Source: Negaprion brevirostris (lineage: Eukaryota). Taken from it: a DNA stretch of 64,000 nucleotides. Positions 1-13,623 of the stretch are shown piece by piece (position 1 is the stretch's first letter; each line of letters begins with the position of its first letter). A program made the translations under genes and the position numbers. The notes beneath the pieces are model-generated. The model saw only the letters and a list, made by a program, of their open reading frames with translations, did no database searches and was not told the DNA's origin. The stretch lies in NCBI GenBank assembly GCA_030324005.1, contig JARDVH010000128.1:31991370-32055369 (forward strand). The letters are read 5' to 3'.

Positions 1-461
1 TCACCAACTTTTACAGATGCACCATAGAAAGCATTCTTTCTGGTTGTATCACAGCTTGGTATGGCTCCTGCTGTGCCCAAGACCGCAAGGAACTACAAAA
101 GATTGTGAATTTAGCCCAATCCATTAAGCAAACCAGCCTCCCATCATTGACTCTGTCTACACTTCCCACTGCCTTGGCAAAGCAGCCAGCATAATTAAGG
201 ATCCAGCGCACCCCAGACATTCTCTCTTCCACCTTCTTCCTCCTGGAAAAAGGTACAAAAGTCTGAGTTCACATATCAACTGATTCAAGTACAGCTTCTT
301 CCCTGCTGCTGTCAGACTTTTGAATGGACTTAGCTTGCATAAAGTTGATCTTTCTCTACACCCTAACTATGACTGTGACACTATATTCTGTTTTGTCTGT
401 ATAGCACACAAGAAACAATATTTTTCACTGTAAATACATGTGACAATAATAAATCAAATCA
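1..461 (+). mobile_element. Rex1/Babar-type LINE, 3' fragment (RT C-terminus plus 3' tail)
   Basis: Frame from nt 3 reads TNFYRCTIESILSGCITAWYGSCCAQDRKELQKIVNLAQSI, typical of the Rex1/Babar RT C-terminus. Ends in an aataat-aaatcaaatc tail. Confidence 0.8.
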
Positions 462-509
462 CCCAGAAGGCAGACAAAAAATGTAGAAAAATTCACAAGA
501 ATAGTTATA

Positions 510-815
510 GTTACATAAGTGGACTGGAGAAGATCGGCTGTTCTCCTTGAAGAAGAGAAAATTACGAGGAGATTTAATAGAGATGTCCCAAATCATGACA
601 GGTCTGGACAGAGTAGATAGGGAGTAACTGTTCTCATTGGTGGAAGGATCATGGACAGAGGACACTGATTTAAGGTGATTGGCAAAAGAAGCAACGGCAA
701 TATGTGGAAAAACTTCATTACACAGCAAGTAGTTAGGATCTGAAATACATTGCCTGAGTATGTGGTGGAGGCAGACTAAATTGTGACTTTCAAAAGAGAA
801 TTGGATCATTATTGA
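510..815 (+). mobile_element. CR1-like LINE ORF2 3' fragment (degenerate)
   Basis: Frameshifted match to LEKLGLFSLEKRRLRGDLIE..KIMTGLDRVDRE.LF. Confidence 0.8.
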
Positions 816-2559
816 ATAAGTGTTCTCTCACAGAGATGCCATGTATGTGTTTCTGTGAAAAAGACAAATTATAGACTACAGATTAACAACTTGTTACAGC
901 TTTTGTTGGTTCCAAACTGCATTCTGCAGACTTTAAATAATGAATTAAACAAAGAAATACACAGAATATGTTTTCCTTATCTTAATTTGAGGTTTTTTGT
1001 GAAAAACAAATTTTTTGTACTTTGAAAACAAACAAAACCCCTCAAGTCACCTGTGCTTTGATATTTTGAAAAAGTTGATATTAACAAGTTTCAGAGGAAG
1101 ACAGAATTTCATAAACTCTGCTCACTTTGTACATGTCCCCCTTTTCTCTTTGTGTATCTTTCTCCCCGCTTTCTCTAGAGAACCCCTCTTGATGCTCCTT
1201 CATTCTTGCATATTAAATGGTGTTGTATTCATCATTAAATGTCCGTGTTTTTGAAGATAGACACACTCTTCCCTCCCTGAAAATAAATCTCATGCAGAAT
1301 GTACAGTGTACCATCTGAAAATTCCACTGCACCACTGCACCACTGCACCACTGGACATAGGGATTCTATTTTCTTTCCCTTCAGCAGAGGGACAAATAGC
1401 CCTCTTTAAAATTGACTGCATACCAGCCAATCTACTTCCCTCTTTACTCAACATAGAGGACACCACCTAAGAAGGCAGAAAATAATCTCTCTGACACAAA
1501 ATTGCACAGTAGCTGCCCAGCATTGCTAAGGCACAGGGCATGACAAATCACATAGTTACCACCATTCCAGGATATCAGTGAAGGGAAAATAACAACATGA
1601 TTCTCCCCTGCACTCTCACACACAGAAAACTAATTAGGAATCAAAACATCATCCTTCACCAATCAGGAGAATCAGTTCCTGGGAATTCATTGTAAAGAAG
1701 TTAAGTGTTGTAAAGAATCTTCTTCTGAATGCACAAACCTCCCACACGTTCTATTATAATGTGTACAGTTGGCACAAGCATGTCTCTCTGAAGAATGCGT
1801 TGATTAAAATTATAAATTCAAGATTTGACCATTTTTTTTAAGTCATCGTTATATTGTAGCTCAATATAAAGTTAACGTTATCACTCCATCTCAAATCAAT
1901 CCCAACCCTAATGCACTGCACTGTGTGCCAGAAATCTCCATGGCTACCATTAAGCTACCGTGCACAATGTGCAGATCCAGGTTGAGGCATGAGTAACCCA
2001 GGCAACAGCAATGCCTAAATTAGACCCACGAGTAGAATTTAGAGGTAGACAAGAAACAAATCAAATGTTCAAGGAAATACACGCATCCTGTTGGATCATA
2101 ATGAATTTGGGACAAGAGTAGGCCATTCAGCCCTTCAAGCTAGTTCTGCCAAGCAATTGGATCAGATACTTCACCTCCAAATTACCCACATCTGTTCAAT
2201 ATCCCATGATAGCTCTGCTTAACAAAAGTCTATTGAGCAGTCTAAAAAATTTCAATTGGCCCCCAGCATCAACAAACTGTTGTGGGAGAAATTCTGGATT
2301 TGAAGTCAGCTCAATCTGAAAATCTAAGGAATATCTGAATATTGAAGGAATGGATTTAGTTGTTGACATTTCACCTCTGGAATATAGATTTAAGCCCAGA
2401 CTGAATGAGCATGTGTAATTCTGTAAGAATCCCTAACCACGTAGTGGCTTGGTGTCTCTTGAGTCACAAAGTTGTGGGTTCAAATTCCAATTTCCACTCC
2501 AAGGGATTTGAAAATGAATTCAATGTTGACACTCCTAGTACAGCACTGAGGAAGAATGT

Positions 2560-2915
2560 TTGAGTGAGAAGGTATACGTGTGTGTGTGTGAGCGAGAGAC
2601 CATGCAAGTGTAAATAGTTTGGCTCCCACTCTCAGGGTTCTCCTCACACACCAACATACTCACAACCATTGGCTGAGTGAATAAATACCCCAAGTACTTC
2701 TTACTCTCGAATGATCACCTTCACTAATTACTTATTTTAAATGATCAATTTATTGATTTGACATTGCTATAATTTTGTACAGCAAGTTGCTTTTCATCAA
2801 ACCTCAACATGTTATTGAAACTCATATTTAATGTTGTGCCAAAATTTGCTCATTGGCCCCAAGTAAGAAAAAAATTAAAATGTAGCCCCTCATATGAAAA
2901 GGTTGGACAAGCCTG
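2560..2915 (-). mobile_element. Partial non-autonomous hAT element, inserted into a SINE fragment
   Basis: Ends in GTTGGACAAGCCTG (2902-2915), the same TIR family as 46170-46812. Subterminal sequence is also similar in reverse orientation. Left boundary approximate. Confidence 0.55.
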
Positions 2916-3429
2916 CATTAAACCATGACCTGGTCAGCTGTTGGTGGCTATAAAAGATCACATGGCACTGTTTTGAAGTCAGTAATATACATTAATATCA
3001 ATATAACACACCTAATAGAATAGATTCTAAAAAACATACAATAGAATGAATTGGAATTCCTGTCCAAGAGCGGAGCAGAATTCTCTACAACTTGAATCTC
3101 CTCACTACCCCAGTGTGAATTTGGAATTGTATATTTCCAGAATTAATCATTTTGAATGCTTTGGATTATGACCATTACAGAGGAAATGCTTGCACTCCAA
3201 CCTTTAAGAAAACTTAAAATGACAGACATAAAAATAACTACCCAGGACTGTTCTGGATGTACAGTAAATCACAGCAGCAGCACTACCTGCTGCCATGTTC
3301 TGTTTTTCTCCATTCCTCTCCACAAAGTGCGCAGCTACAAAATATCTGTACCTCATTCAACTATATTTTCTATGCCTGAGTCCTGACAGTCTTTGCTCCC
3401 CACAGCCCTGCCAATATTTTCTCATCAGT

Positions 3430-4385
3430 AATTATCCAGTTTCCTTTTGAAAGCCTTGATTGAATCTGCCTCCACCAGACTCTCAGGCAGTGCATTTTGG
3501 ATTTTAAGCACTCATTGGATCTTAACCTCTCCTCATGTTGCCTTTCATTCTTTTGCAAATCACTTTAAGTCAGTGTTCTCTGGTTCTTGAGTTTTTCTCT
3601 CAATTTTGTCCACCCACTCATGATTTTGAACACCTTTGTCTAATCTTCTTCTTTATGGAGAATAGCCGCAACTTATCCAATCCATCCTCATGACTGAAAT
3701 CTTTCATTCCCAATATCATTCTTTTGAGTCTTTTCTGCACCGTCTCCAGAGCCTTCACATCCTTTCAAAAGCGTGGCACCCAGAATTGAACACAGTACTC
3801 CAGTTGAGGCCAAACCAGTGTTTTATAAAGATTCACCATTACCTGCTTGTTTTTGTGTTCTTGCTTCTAGTTATAAAACACAGGATCTATATTCCTTATT
3901 ATCTGATTTCTCAACCCACACTGACACCTTCAATTATTTGTGCCTATATACCACCAGGTCCTTCTGTTCCTGTACCATATTTAAAATTATATTCTTTGTT
4001 TTATATTGCCTCCCATTCTTTCTATCAAAATGGTATGGCTTCACATTTCTCTGCATTAAATTTCACATGCCGCATGTTCACCGATTCCATTAGCCTATCT
4101 ATGTCCATTTAATCTCTGTCACCATCATTCTTACAGTTCACAATACTCCCAAGCTTTGTGTCATCTGCACATATTGAAATTTTGGCCTGCAGTCAAATTC
4201 AAGATCTTTAATATAGATCAAAAAAGCCACGGTCAAAATACTAATTCTCATGCCCCTTCCAAATACATCCTCCATTCTACAAAACAAACCATTCACTGCT
4301 CCTCTGTTCTCCTGTTATTCACCATGGTTAAACTGACTGGCCTGTAGTAGCTGGATTTCTCACCTTACATCCTTTTTTTTGCACA
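3430..4385 (-). mobile_element. Degenerate CR1-like LINE ORF2 fragment
   Basis: Reverse-strand CR1 RT hallmarks (e.g. reverse complement of cagaattgaacacagtactccagttgaggcc gives RPQLEYCVQFW). Confidence 0.75.
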
Positions 4386-4386
4386 G

Positions 4387-5095
4387 TGATATGCTATGGT
4401 TCAGGTTAGAAACATAAAAGTGTTTTATGAAACTCGTCTGAACCATAAGTATTTTACATTGAATTTGGCTAGGACAAGCATGATCACTTAAGATGTAAAC
4501 CACTTAAGATGTAATTCAAAAGACTCACTAGGGAGCTTTTATCAAACAAAGTTTATTTACAAATATGATTAACATATACAGAACGAAAATTAGCAATAAC
4601 TTTTATCAATTACAAACAAAAACAAAACAATCACAATTATGTATGACTCTTAATGAATATATATCAGATGTTTCAATTAAAACAAGAATCCAGTAAACAA
4701 AACCCCTCAACCAGATTTATCACTGCACAGGGTAAAGNNNNNNNNNNNNNNNNNNNNNNNNNNNNNNNNNNNNNNNNATTTCAAATGATCTTGAAAGCTC
4801 AGATCAGTTTGTGTCAGATCAGCTCCCCAGAACACCAAAACACAGGTTCTTTACTATACGATGGCAAATAAGATGTGCTTTCAACTGACTGGTAAAACTT
4901 TCAAAATAAAAACGAAGAAAGAGACTTCTTTCAGCTATGCTTCTAACACTGCAGCCAAAATGAAACTTAAAAGCTGAAAAAACGTCTGTCATCAGACTTG
5001 CCCACAGGTTTCTGCTCCCACAATGACATCGCCTAAGGCTTCACTACAGAGAGCATGTTTTTTTAAAAAACTCTTAAAGTTACACTAACATCACA
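4387..5095 (-). mobile_element. Probable solo LTR interrupting a CR1 fragment
   Basis: TG...CA termini (tgat...atcaca), minus-strand AATAAA near 4552, CR1-like sequence resuming on both sides. No clean TSD seen. Confidence 0.45.
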
Positions 5096-5915
5096 GATGT
5101 AACAGTTGTAATTCTCCAGTCCTCTAGCGCTGCACTTGTATCCAAGAAGGATTGCAAAATTATGACCCGCTTCTGTAATTTTCTCTATTACCTCCTTCCA
5201 TATTCTTGGTGCATCCAATTCAGCCCTGCTGCCTTATTAGCTTTAAGTACAGTCAACCTTTCTAAATTTTTTATTAATTTTTAGCTCATCCAGTGAATCA
5301 ACTACCTCCTTTCTCATTCCAATTTGGGCAGAGTCTTTTAGTGCCTCGGACATGCCCTCTGCCACCATCCATGAATCCCATTTTTGATCCTTAACCAAAC
5401 TCATTCCACCTTTTACCACACTTTAATTCTTTCTTAAGCCAACAGAAGATCATTTAAATTCCTTTTATATTAGCTACCGACCTCTTCTCATGCCTGTTCT
5501 TTACTTTTATTTTCTCACTTCCGTCTAAACATTTTATATTTGATGGGTCCCATTTGTTTTATCAACCTAGCATGTCATTTGCACCCCTNNNNNNNNNNCT
5601 TTTCAGCTTCATTTTACTTTCTCTCTCTTTCGTCATCTAGGGTGTTCTGGCTTTGTTTGTGCTACCTTTCCCCTAATGGGAATGTACCTCAACTGTACCC
5701 AAACCATCTCCTCTTTGTATAAAGCCCATTGCTCTGTTATGGTTTTGCCTGCTAAAATTTAATTCCAATTTACCTGAACAGAATTGAATTGATTCTTCGC
5801 TGATTTCTCCTTGTCCTTTTCCATAGTTAACCATAAACCTTAGGATGCTATGATCACTGTTCCATAAACAGTTTACCTACTGACACTTGATCCACACAAT
5901 CTACCTCATTTCTTT
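5096..5915 (-). mobile_element. Degenerate CR1-like LINE ORF2 fragment (continuation)
   Basis: Continues the CR1-like sequence from before 4387; heavily decayed. Confidence 0.55.
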
Positions 5916-6307
5916 TAGGACATATTCCCAAAGGTTTCATCGCATAATCTCCCAACCACCTCTGCCTAACACACCCCCCACCCATCAATTATCCTTTCTT
6001 CCCAACTCCAATATGTTTCCAATTAATTAATGAAATTTATACCTGTAAGATTTTTCTCTTGGAGATTAACTTTTAATTCCTGGAGACATCAGGATAATCC
6101 TAGAGGGTTGCCAGGTCCAACGTTATCCTCACTCACCATTGACCATCCACACATGAGTTGATCTGGAGCTGTAAAGGACAGAGTCCTCTTTGAATGTGCC
6201 CCTTCACAACCCTTGGATACTGCTACAACCACCCCTAGATGAGGTTCCGTAATTTTGTTGATCTGGGCGAGACCCCTCAATTTGTCAACCTCAGGGATAC
6301 CCCAAAT

Positions 6308-7342
6308 TGTTATAAACCAAATTGTCAAATCCCTCTGCTGGTTGCAACAAGGTTTAATCTAACAAGGTTCCCTTCCTTGTGGGTACCTTTTCCAGACTTG
6401 ATAGTTGTGTTTAAAAATGAGTCAATATAACCAGGCTTTTTTGAGTTAAAGACAGAGTACGTTTATTAACTACTTAAAAAGTAGAGAGAAAAATGGTAAA
6501 ACGCATGTGTATACATTCATACAGATTAAAAGTGAGAATTGAGTCCAATAATAAGTAAATATAAATAAAATGGTATTTTATTTATTATGCGAGACATAAA
6601 TGATAAAGCATGTAGCCGTTACAATTTTGGTTTCAGTAGAGTTGATTTTGGTTGGCAAATGGTTGGTTCTTCAGTTCCAGTGTTCTGTGATTTGGCAGAG
6701 AAATTTTGGTTCCCTTTCCAGCTGTGATCCTTTCGCTGGCTAGGCTGACTTCCTCAATCAAAGAGAAAGATTCAAGATATACCTGCAAACAATGGCTATT
6801 TTGCAGGGGCACTGCTGACTGCTTTTGTTACTGTTTCACACACCTGAAGCCTGAAAACTTTCACCTGTTTATTCTCACAGAGCACACACAGACGAACATT
6901 GGAGCAGCTCTTGCAACTAGCTTTTAACCATTTCCTTGTATATTCCAAATGGAAAATGGAATTCACTAGCCATCTAGCATTACTCACAATCTTTTGAAAT
7001 GAGATGGTCATTATATCCCTTTGCCTTTACCAGAGATGGAGATCAGTCTCTGGATGGTTTTAGCGGTGTCTTGTCTGTAAGGGGGGTTCCATTGTCCCTT
7101 GGAGAAACACTCTGCAACAATTCCTGTCAGTGGCTNNNNNNNNNNNNNNNNNNNNNNNNNNNNNNNNNNNNNNNNNNNNNNNNNNNNNNNNNNNNNNNNN
7201 NNNNNNNNNNNNNNNNNNNNNNNNNNNNNNNNNNNTGCATTCTTAGCCATCTTTGGGGTCCATTTAAAAAAATAAAACTCAGGTTTTAAGTTCAATATTT
7301 TGGGCTGAATTCCATGTTTTTTTTCTCTTCATCGTTGAAACA
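6308..7342 (-). mobile_element. Probable solo LTR (about 1 kb, contains a 100-N gap)
   Basis: TGTT...AACA termini, minus-strand AATAAA near 6462, non-coding LTR-like composition. No TSD match. Confidence 0.4.
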
Positions 7343-7371
7343 ATACTGAGACAGATGGTGGCAGTGTCTTG

Positions 7372-7475
7372 GAATAAAAACAGAAAATGCTGGGAGTCCT
7401 CAACAGGTTAGGCAGCATCTGCTGAGAGAGAAACAGAGTTAACATTTAAGGTCGGAGACGTTTCATCAGGACTGG
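7372..7475 (-). mobile_element. Penelope-derived short repeat with hammerhead-like motif
   Basis: Minus strand reads agtc-CTGATGA-aacgtctccgacct-TAAA-tgttaact followed by ctgtttctctctc...gatgctgcc. Related copies at about 8200-8650, 12990-13100, 14150-14390, 18795-18840, 29830-29955, 48320-48470. Confidence 0.6.
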
Positions 7476-10400
7476 CTCAGATTTCATTATTGTACTCTGA
7501 GTATGGAACTGTGCCCAATCAATTGAAAGGGCCGCTATTCCTTCATGGAGTGTTATAATACAGAGTAAGCTTGTTAGTAAATGTTCAATACACCAATAAA
7601 GGCCCAAAACTTGGTAACGATCAGAATTAATGTAAGTAATACAGCAATATTAATTTATCTGAAGCATTATTAGTCAGGATAATCAACATATCTGAGCTTA
7701 CCTTGAAATGGCATTTCTGACCTTAACCACTGTAAACTATCCCATTTACCAGGCAGTCTGGAGACTGGACCAAAGGTGCCAGATAGCTCAAGAGGATCGA
7801 ATCATTGTTGCACTCAGGGAATTCCCAATCTTTCTATCATTTGCCTCTTTGATGACTCCAAAATAACTTTGTTTCTCTCCTGAGCCCGTCAGCTTTGCTA
7901 TTTTCTTGCCAATTCCATCTGTCCATTGTCTTCTGATCTTGGGCTGATCCTAACTCAATTCTCACACCATCAAATTCTTGAGCCACTCAATAGGGAAAAG
8001 TAGTTTGTTTCCCATTGCCTTTGTCATGGTTTTTTATCAATGGAGTTCCTTCTTCTAGATGAACTGCAACCCAAAACTCAGTGTGACTGATTGCCAAGGC
8101 TATAATTGAAATGATAAGGTAGACCCTCCAAACAGTCATTCAGCAGTTTATAGTAGGAGATTCATCTAAGGAAGTTAAACTGGAACAAACAAATCTAGAT
8201 ACTGAAATAAAATCAGATAATGCTGGGAATATTTAGCATTTATTAAAAACAAAGTTAACATCTCAAGTCAATGACTTCATCGGAATTGTAAAGTTTAACG
8301 TTTGTTTATTAGTGTCACAAGTAAGCTTACGTTAACCATAAGACATAGGAGCAGAATTAGGCCATTTGGCCCATTGAGTCTGCTCCACCATTGAATCATG
8401 GCTGATATTTTTTCATCCCCATTCTCCTGCCTTTTCCTCATAACCCCTGATCTCCTTATTAATCAAGAACCTATCTGTCTCTGTCTTAAACACATTCAGT
8501 GAAGTTACTGTGAAAATCCCTTAGGTCATTAACCTGATACATTACTCTGTGTTTCTTTCATTGCAGATGTTGTGAAACTTGCTGAGTGTTTTTCTGCATT
8601 TTCTGATTTTAATTTCTCATTTCTAGCATCCACAATATTTTGCTTTTGTACTGTCTGGATGGTGAAATGGTTAACCAGTGGCAATGAATAAATTCTATTT
8701 GATATGGATGTGAAAGCTCCAGTTTAAAATATTTATAGTCACATGTTACAATTGTGTTTAATTGGTTCTGCTGCCTTTAATGTTATCTCTCCATCATGTT
8801 GCGTGATGGAGAGGAACTCCAGTTACAGGCTTCACCTATTAAGGTCAGACTCTTCCTGTGTATGTGTGGTGATGTTGATGAGCAATCTTTCCCTCTTCTA
8901 ACCAGATGCTGCATTCGGCTCCCTCAGGGTGAGTCTGTCTTACTCTGCGTTTGACAAATTCAGCAAAGATCACTGGGCAGAAAAATCAGAAACACAATCT
9001 CCATGTCCATCGCTTCAAGCCAGTTAATTCACACGCACACACACAAAAAAATTGGAAAAGAAAAATTGTCAACTGAGGATAAAAGGGAAGATTCCGCAGG
9101 CTGTTCAAATATTTCAGCTGGTAAAAATGATTCAGACTGTGACAGTTATGGGAACAGATGGAATTAATGTGACGATGCTCCCAAGATGTATGTGTTAACC
9201 ATGGACAACATGAAGATATTATTAAAAATTCAGAGACTCTGCGTTTGAGCTAGTGAGCAATATGGGAATTCAGATCAAATGAGATGTGATGAGTTGTCAG
9301 AAGCTTCACCTAGATCTCTAGTTACATAAATCTGCTGCTGTTGGGGTGACAGTATCTGACCTGATTACTATTTTTTAAGTTTAAGTCAGTAAAAGGCGTG
9401 TCTGGTGGGTTGCACACATACTCAGAAATATCTTCAGCGCTAAGGATGAGTGGATTTGTGCTGCATCCGAGAAATACTGTAGTTATAATCACTGATATTG
9501 TTAATGGGAACTGCACTGATTTATTGTTGCCCTGACTGTACACCATGTGCCATGTATGTGTGCACATTCAAACAAAACACATTTTGGACTGGAATGTGAT
9601 GTAATGTCCAAACAACCCACTGATTCCAGTTTTTCAGCAGAGTTACACTGATCACCTGGTCTGAAGGTTTGCTTTATAAAATAATCCCTTATCTCATGTT
9701 TAGGCTGAAATGTGTATACAGATGAGTAAAATGCAATGGTGCAATTGACTGTGGCTGTCAAATCTGAAAGAGAAACAGGAACAGAAGAGGAATAAGCAAC
9801 ACATAAATCTTGACAAAAAAATCAGTGTGATACAAGTCACTTGATTGGGATCTTGTAACACCAGGCCCATGCTCCAGTCATTGGCTCTTCTCCATGGCAG
9901 GGGTCAACATGGGGCTCAGGCCCAATCTCTGGGTTGAGAAAACATAGTCTGCAGGCAGGGGCAGGGCTCAGAACAGCTGCTGAACCAGGAGATTAACCAG
10001 GTTGCCCCAGAAACTGTCTGAAATTTCAGAAGACAGGTACAACAGGGATGACAATGAATTAGAAATAACTCTTGACTGAGACAGTCAGATATTGCCAATG
10101 AAAGGTGGAAGGGTGACGCTCTACATTTTACACGTATAAAGACAACATTGATCAACAACAGCAAAAAGATGATTTCCATCTAGACGTGTCTCTCGCTACC
10201 ATATCTTTGCAGTTTTCATAATGCATGTAAGTGAAAATCTGTACAGCGACTGCAGCATTGATACCTGCCAGTTGATGTGTACAAGAACAAGACAGTAGAA
10301 TTTTAATTTGAGGGGCCAGTGGTTCTGGGAGATAGAGTCAGTGGGTGGGCAGTCTGCCAGTTAGATCCCATTCCACTCCTCCTTCTGTCAGCCTACTTGT

Positions 10401-12660
10401 ATGATGAACCTCAGCACCGTATGTCCCAGTTTGATACCTGACAACCACAAATGGTCACATATGGGGTGGTTCAGAGACTAGTTTTGTTCTGGATGTGTTA
10501 TTCATGAGGAAACACATTAACAATGTGATATGGTGCATAGAACATCACTTTGTGAACACCTAGACACAGAATGATGAGCTTGCAGGTACTGATTAAATTT
10601 ATTTCTGTGAAGACCACGTTACCTTTAACACCCAATAAGGAGAAGGAATTTGTGCACTAGCCTAAATAACCCATTTTTCTTGCCAAACTATCTTACAAAG
10701 GTCTAATAAAGAAACCTACAGGATTTTTTGTGTGTGGTTTTTGTCCACTGAGGAAGTTCTGAATGAAACGCATTTGTTATTTTTTCTACCGAAATCAGTT
10801 TCAAATCAATATACTTCATTAGAAAGGGAGGGGTGTAAAATACCATTGATTGGCTGCCCCATTTCACACAACTGGTGAGGACAAATGCACTTCCTTCCAT
10901 CACCAGAAATGAAAAGCAAATAAAACTGGGTGATGACAAGATTGAGTTTGAGAAACTTAGGACGTGGGAAAACTGAGTATTGATATTTTGAGAAAGAATG
11001 AGTGTAAAACATTGCATTGAGTGAGGAAGAAGGAAGTGAGCCCAGACAGTAGCCAGCTGTGAACCTGTAGCTCAATGGTTTCCTTTTGCTGATGCGAAAG
11101 GTTATAGAGGGTTTTGAACACATGCATAGCTGTTATAAACTAGGAGAAGGTTTATGCTGCATTCATGTCTAGCAGGAACGGAGCTAAAACTGAACTCACT
11201 TCAGGCAGCCAGCAACCTAAGGAATGCTGGTCCTATCAGTCTGCAGAGTTGGGTTTGAGCAGAGCTGAGAGGCCATTGTCTGCTCCCTGCCTCACTCCTC
11301 CCCAGAGCCACTGACATATATTGTTTAACTGTGGATTTCCCTCCTGATGATTTCCCAATTGTTTTGGTTGTTGATGTGTTGAGTTGGCTGTGTGCTGGGT
11401 TTTGGAATGACACCTTAATGGACATGTGATCAAAATATAATTACAGCCTNNNNNNNNNNNNNNNNNNNNNNNNNNNNNNNNNNNNNNNNNNNNNNNNNNN
11501 NNNNNNNNNNNNNNNNNNNNNNNNNNNNNNNNNNNNNNNNNNNNNNNNNTTAATGGAAATGTGATCAAAATATAATTACAGCCTTGTCACCAGACCTTGT
11601 GCCATGCATATTTTCTGCTTTTGAGGCTGCATGTGAGTAAATATAGATATGATTTTCTGAAGAAAAAAAAGTATAAATACAGAATTAGAATACAGCCGAA
11701 AAGAAGATGCATAGATTGTTCTTGAGAGCGGCTGCTGTTAGCATACAAGACCCCAAGCATCTGATCCACAGTCAGAGATTTTACTCAGCAATACTAGAGC
11801 AGAAATCCGGACTTTAGTAATAACACACGTGCAACTCTGATTCACAATCCTGATTACCACAATCCAACATTCTTCTGCTTCAGTTAAGTTGCTTGCAATC
11901 TCTCCCCTCAGTCACATTCAGATGCGAATGTGTAACAACCCATCACTTCTGCTTGACTTGGCATAACTCCGTGACAAGGACCACAGCTCCTGGCTTGTTC
12001 TTATTCACCCAGTCGGAAAGTTCAATTCAATGATCTATAAAAGTCAGTAATAAGACAGAAGCAGAGGCTCGCATTGACATAGCAAGGATGATCCCATATT
12101 TTCTCAGTGGGGATTGCAGATTGGAGAATTGTCTCTGACCTTTACTCTCCGTGAACATCTCTGCTGAGATTACAGGGCCAACCCTAGCAACCACATACAT
12201 CTCTTGGACTTCACATTTTTGTAGCACCTTTATAGCCTACTAAATTATTTTTGAAGTGTAATCACTGCTGTAATGTCAGGAATGCAGGCGAACACTGTAA
12301 TAACTGCACACTAAAGATCCACAACTCTTTCAGAACAAAACAGAATTTTCCAAGCTAGTTCCAAACAAGACTGGTGATTAGGCAACAAGAAAATGAATAG
12401 TGCAGATGCCCATTATGCTAATAAGCTAATAACTGTCAGTGCTGCTGTGTCCTGACCAATATATGTTTCATAGTCTTGGAAGGCTAAGCACTGTATTTTC
12501 TTGTTACAGTAATTTGGAAAACATTATTTGCAATTAGGCCGATTTACAAGAACAAATGAAAGCTGTACAGACAGATCAATTATGCAAGGAAATGGGACTT
12601 TGCTCCACCGCAGTCTGGATGCAGCCATATCGAGAAAGCGCTTAAGAAGAGTCATACAGA

Positions 12661-12991
12661 GGGAGTGGCACAGCGGTTAGTACTGCTGCCTCACAGCACC
12701 AGAGGCCCGGGTTCAAATCCTGGCTTGGATCACTTTCTGTGNNNNNCTGTGGAGTTTGCACATTCTTCCGTGTCTGCTTGGATTTCCTCCAGGTGCTCCG
12801 GTTTCTTCCTACAGTCCAAAGATGTGCAGGGTTAGGTTGATTGGCTATGCTAAATTGTCCATTAGCATCAGGGGGATTAGCAGGGTAAAATGCATGGGGA
12901 TGCAGGAAAACAGCCTGCATGGTATTGTGGTTGGTGCTGACTCAATGGGCAAAATGGCCTCCTTCTCCACTGTAGGGATTCTATGATTCTA
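12661..12991 (+). mobile_element. tRNA-derived V-SINE (HE1-like)
   Basis: A/B-box head (tggcacagcggttag ... gggttcaaatcc), V-domain ggtttcctccaggtgctccggtttc-like core, ttctatgattcta tail. Confidence 0.85.
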
Positions 12992-13533
12992 AACTCAAAA
13001 CATTAACTCTGTTTACTCTCTTTGTAGGTGCTGCCAGACTTGCTGAGTTTTTCTGGCATTTTTCTGATTTTGCTTTCAATTTCCAGCATATTTTGCTTTC
13101 ATCTGAAAGTACTGCAGTATTTTCAGAGTGAGGACGGAGATTGTAATAGGAAAATATTCTTAGAAATAATTTATAATCAAGACAATGTGATGTTCAGATG
13201 ATTATAAGCAAGAGCTCCTCATGTCTCATCTGTTTGATGGGACCAAGGTTCCCACAAGCTCAACCCCGCCACCCGCTGCCCCCTGTGCAAAGTTGTCTGG
13301 ATTTCAGCTGGAATACAACTAGAGGACAATACAACTGGCCTCATTGCCACTGGGCTAGGAAGGAGAAAATCAGTCAGCCCCACTACACCTGCTGAATATG
13401 AACTTTGTATGTTGTGTCTCAGCTGCTATATTTTGCAATCCAGTGCATTGTGAGACAGCAGGATCCATGTTTTCTTAACAGTCTGACTACTGAATAACAA
13501 AGGACAGTTGCAATGTTAATCACCCCTGTAGCT

Positions 13534-13623
13534 ACACTCCGGAGCTGTCCAATCAGCACCACCCACACTCCGGAGCTGTCCAATCAGTGCCACCCATACT
13601 CCGGAGCTGTCCAATCAGTGCCA
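13534..13623. repeat. 31-bp tandem repeat, about 3 copies
   Basis: Unit a(c/t)actccggagctgtccaatcag(ca/tg)ccaccc starts at 13534, 13565 and 13596. Confidence 0.9.

Noticed and set aside
11415-11585. Direct repeat ttaatgga(c/a)atgtgatcaaaatataattacagcct on both sides of a 100-N gap
   Set aside because: Most likely unmerged contig overlap or a collapsed tandem repeat, not a TSD or biological structure
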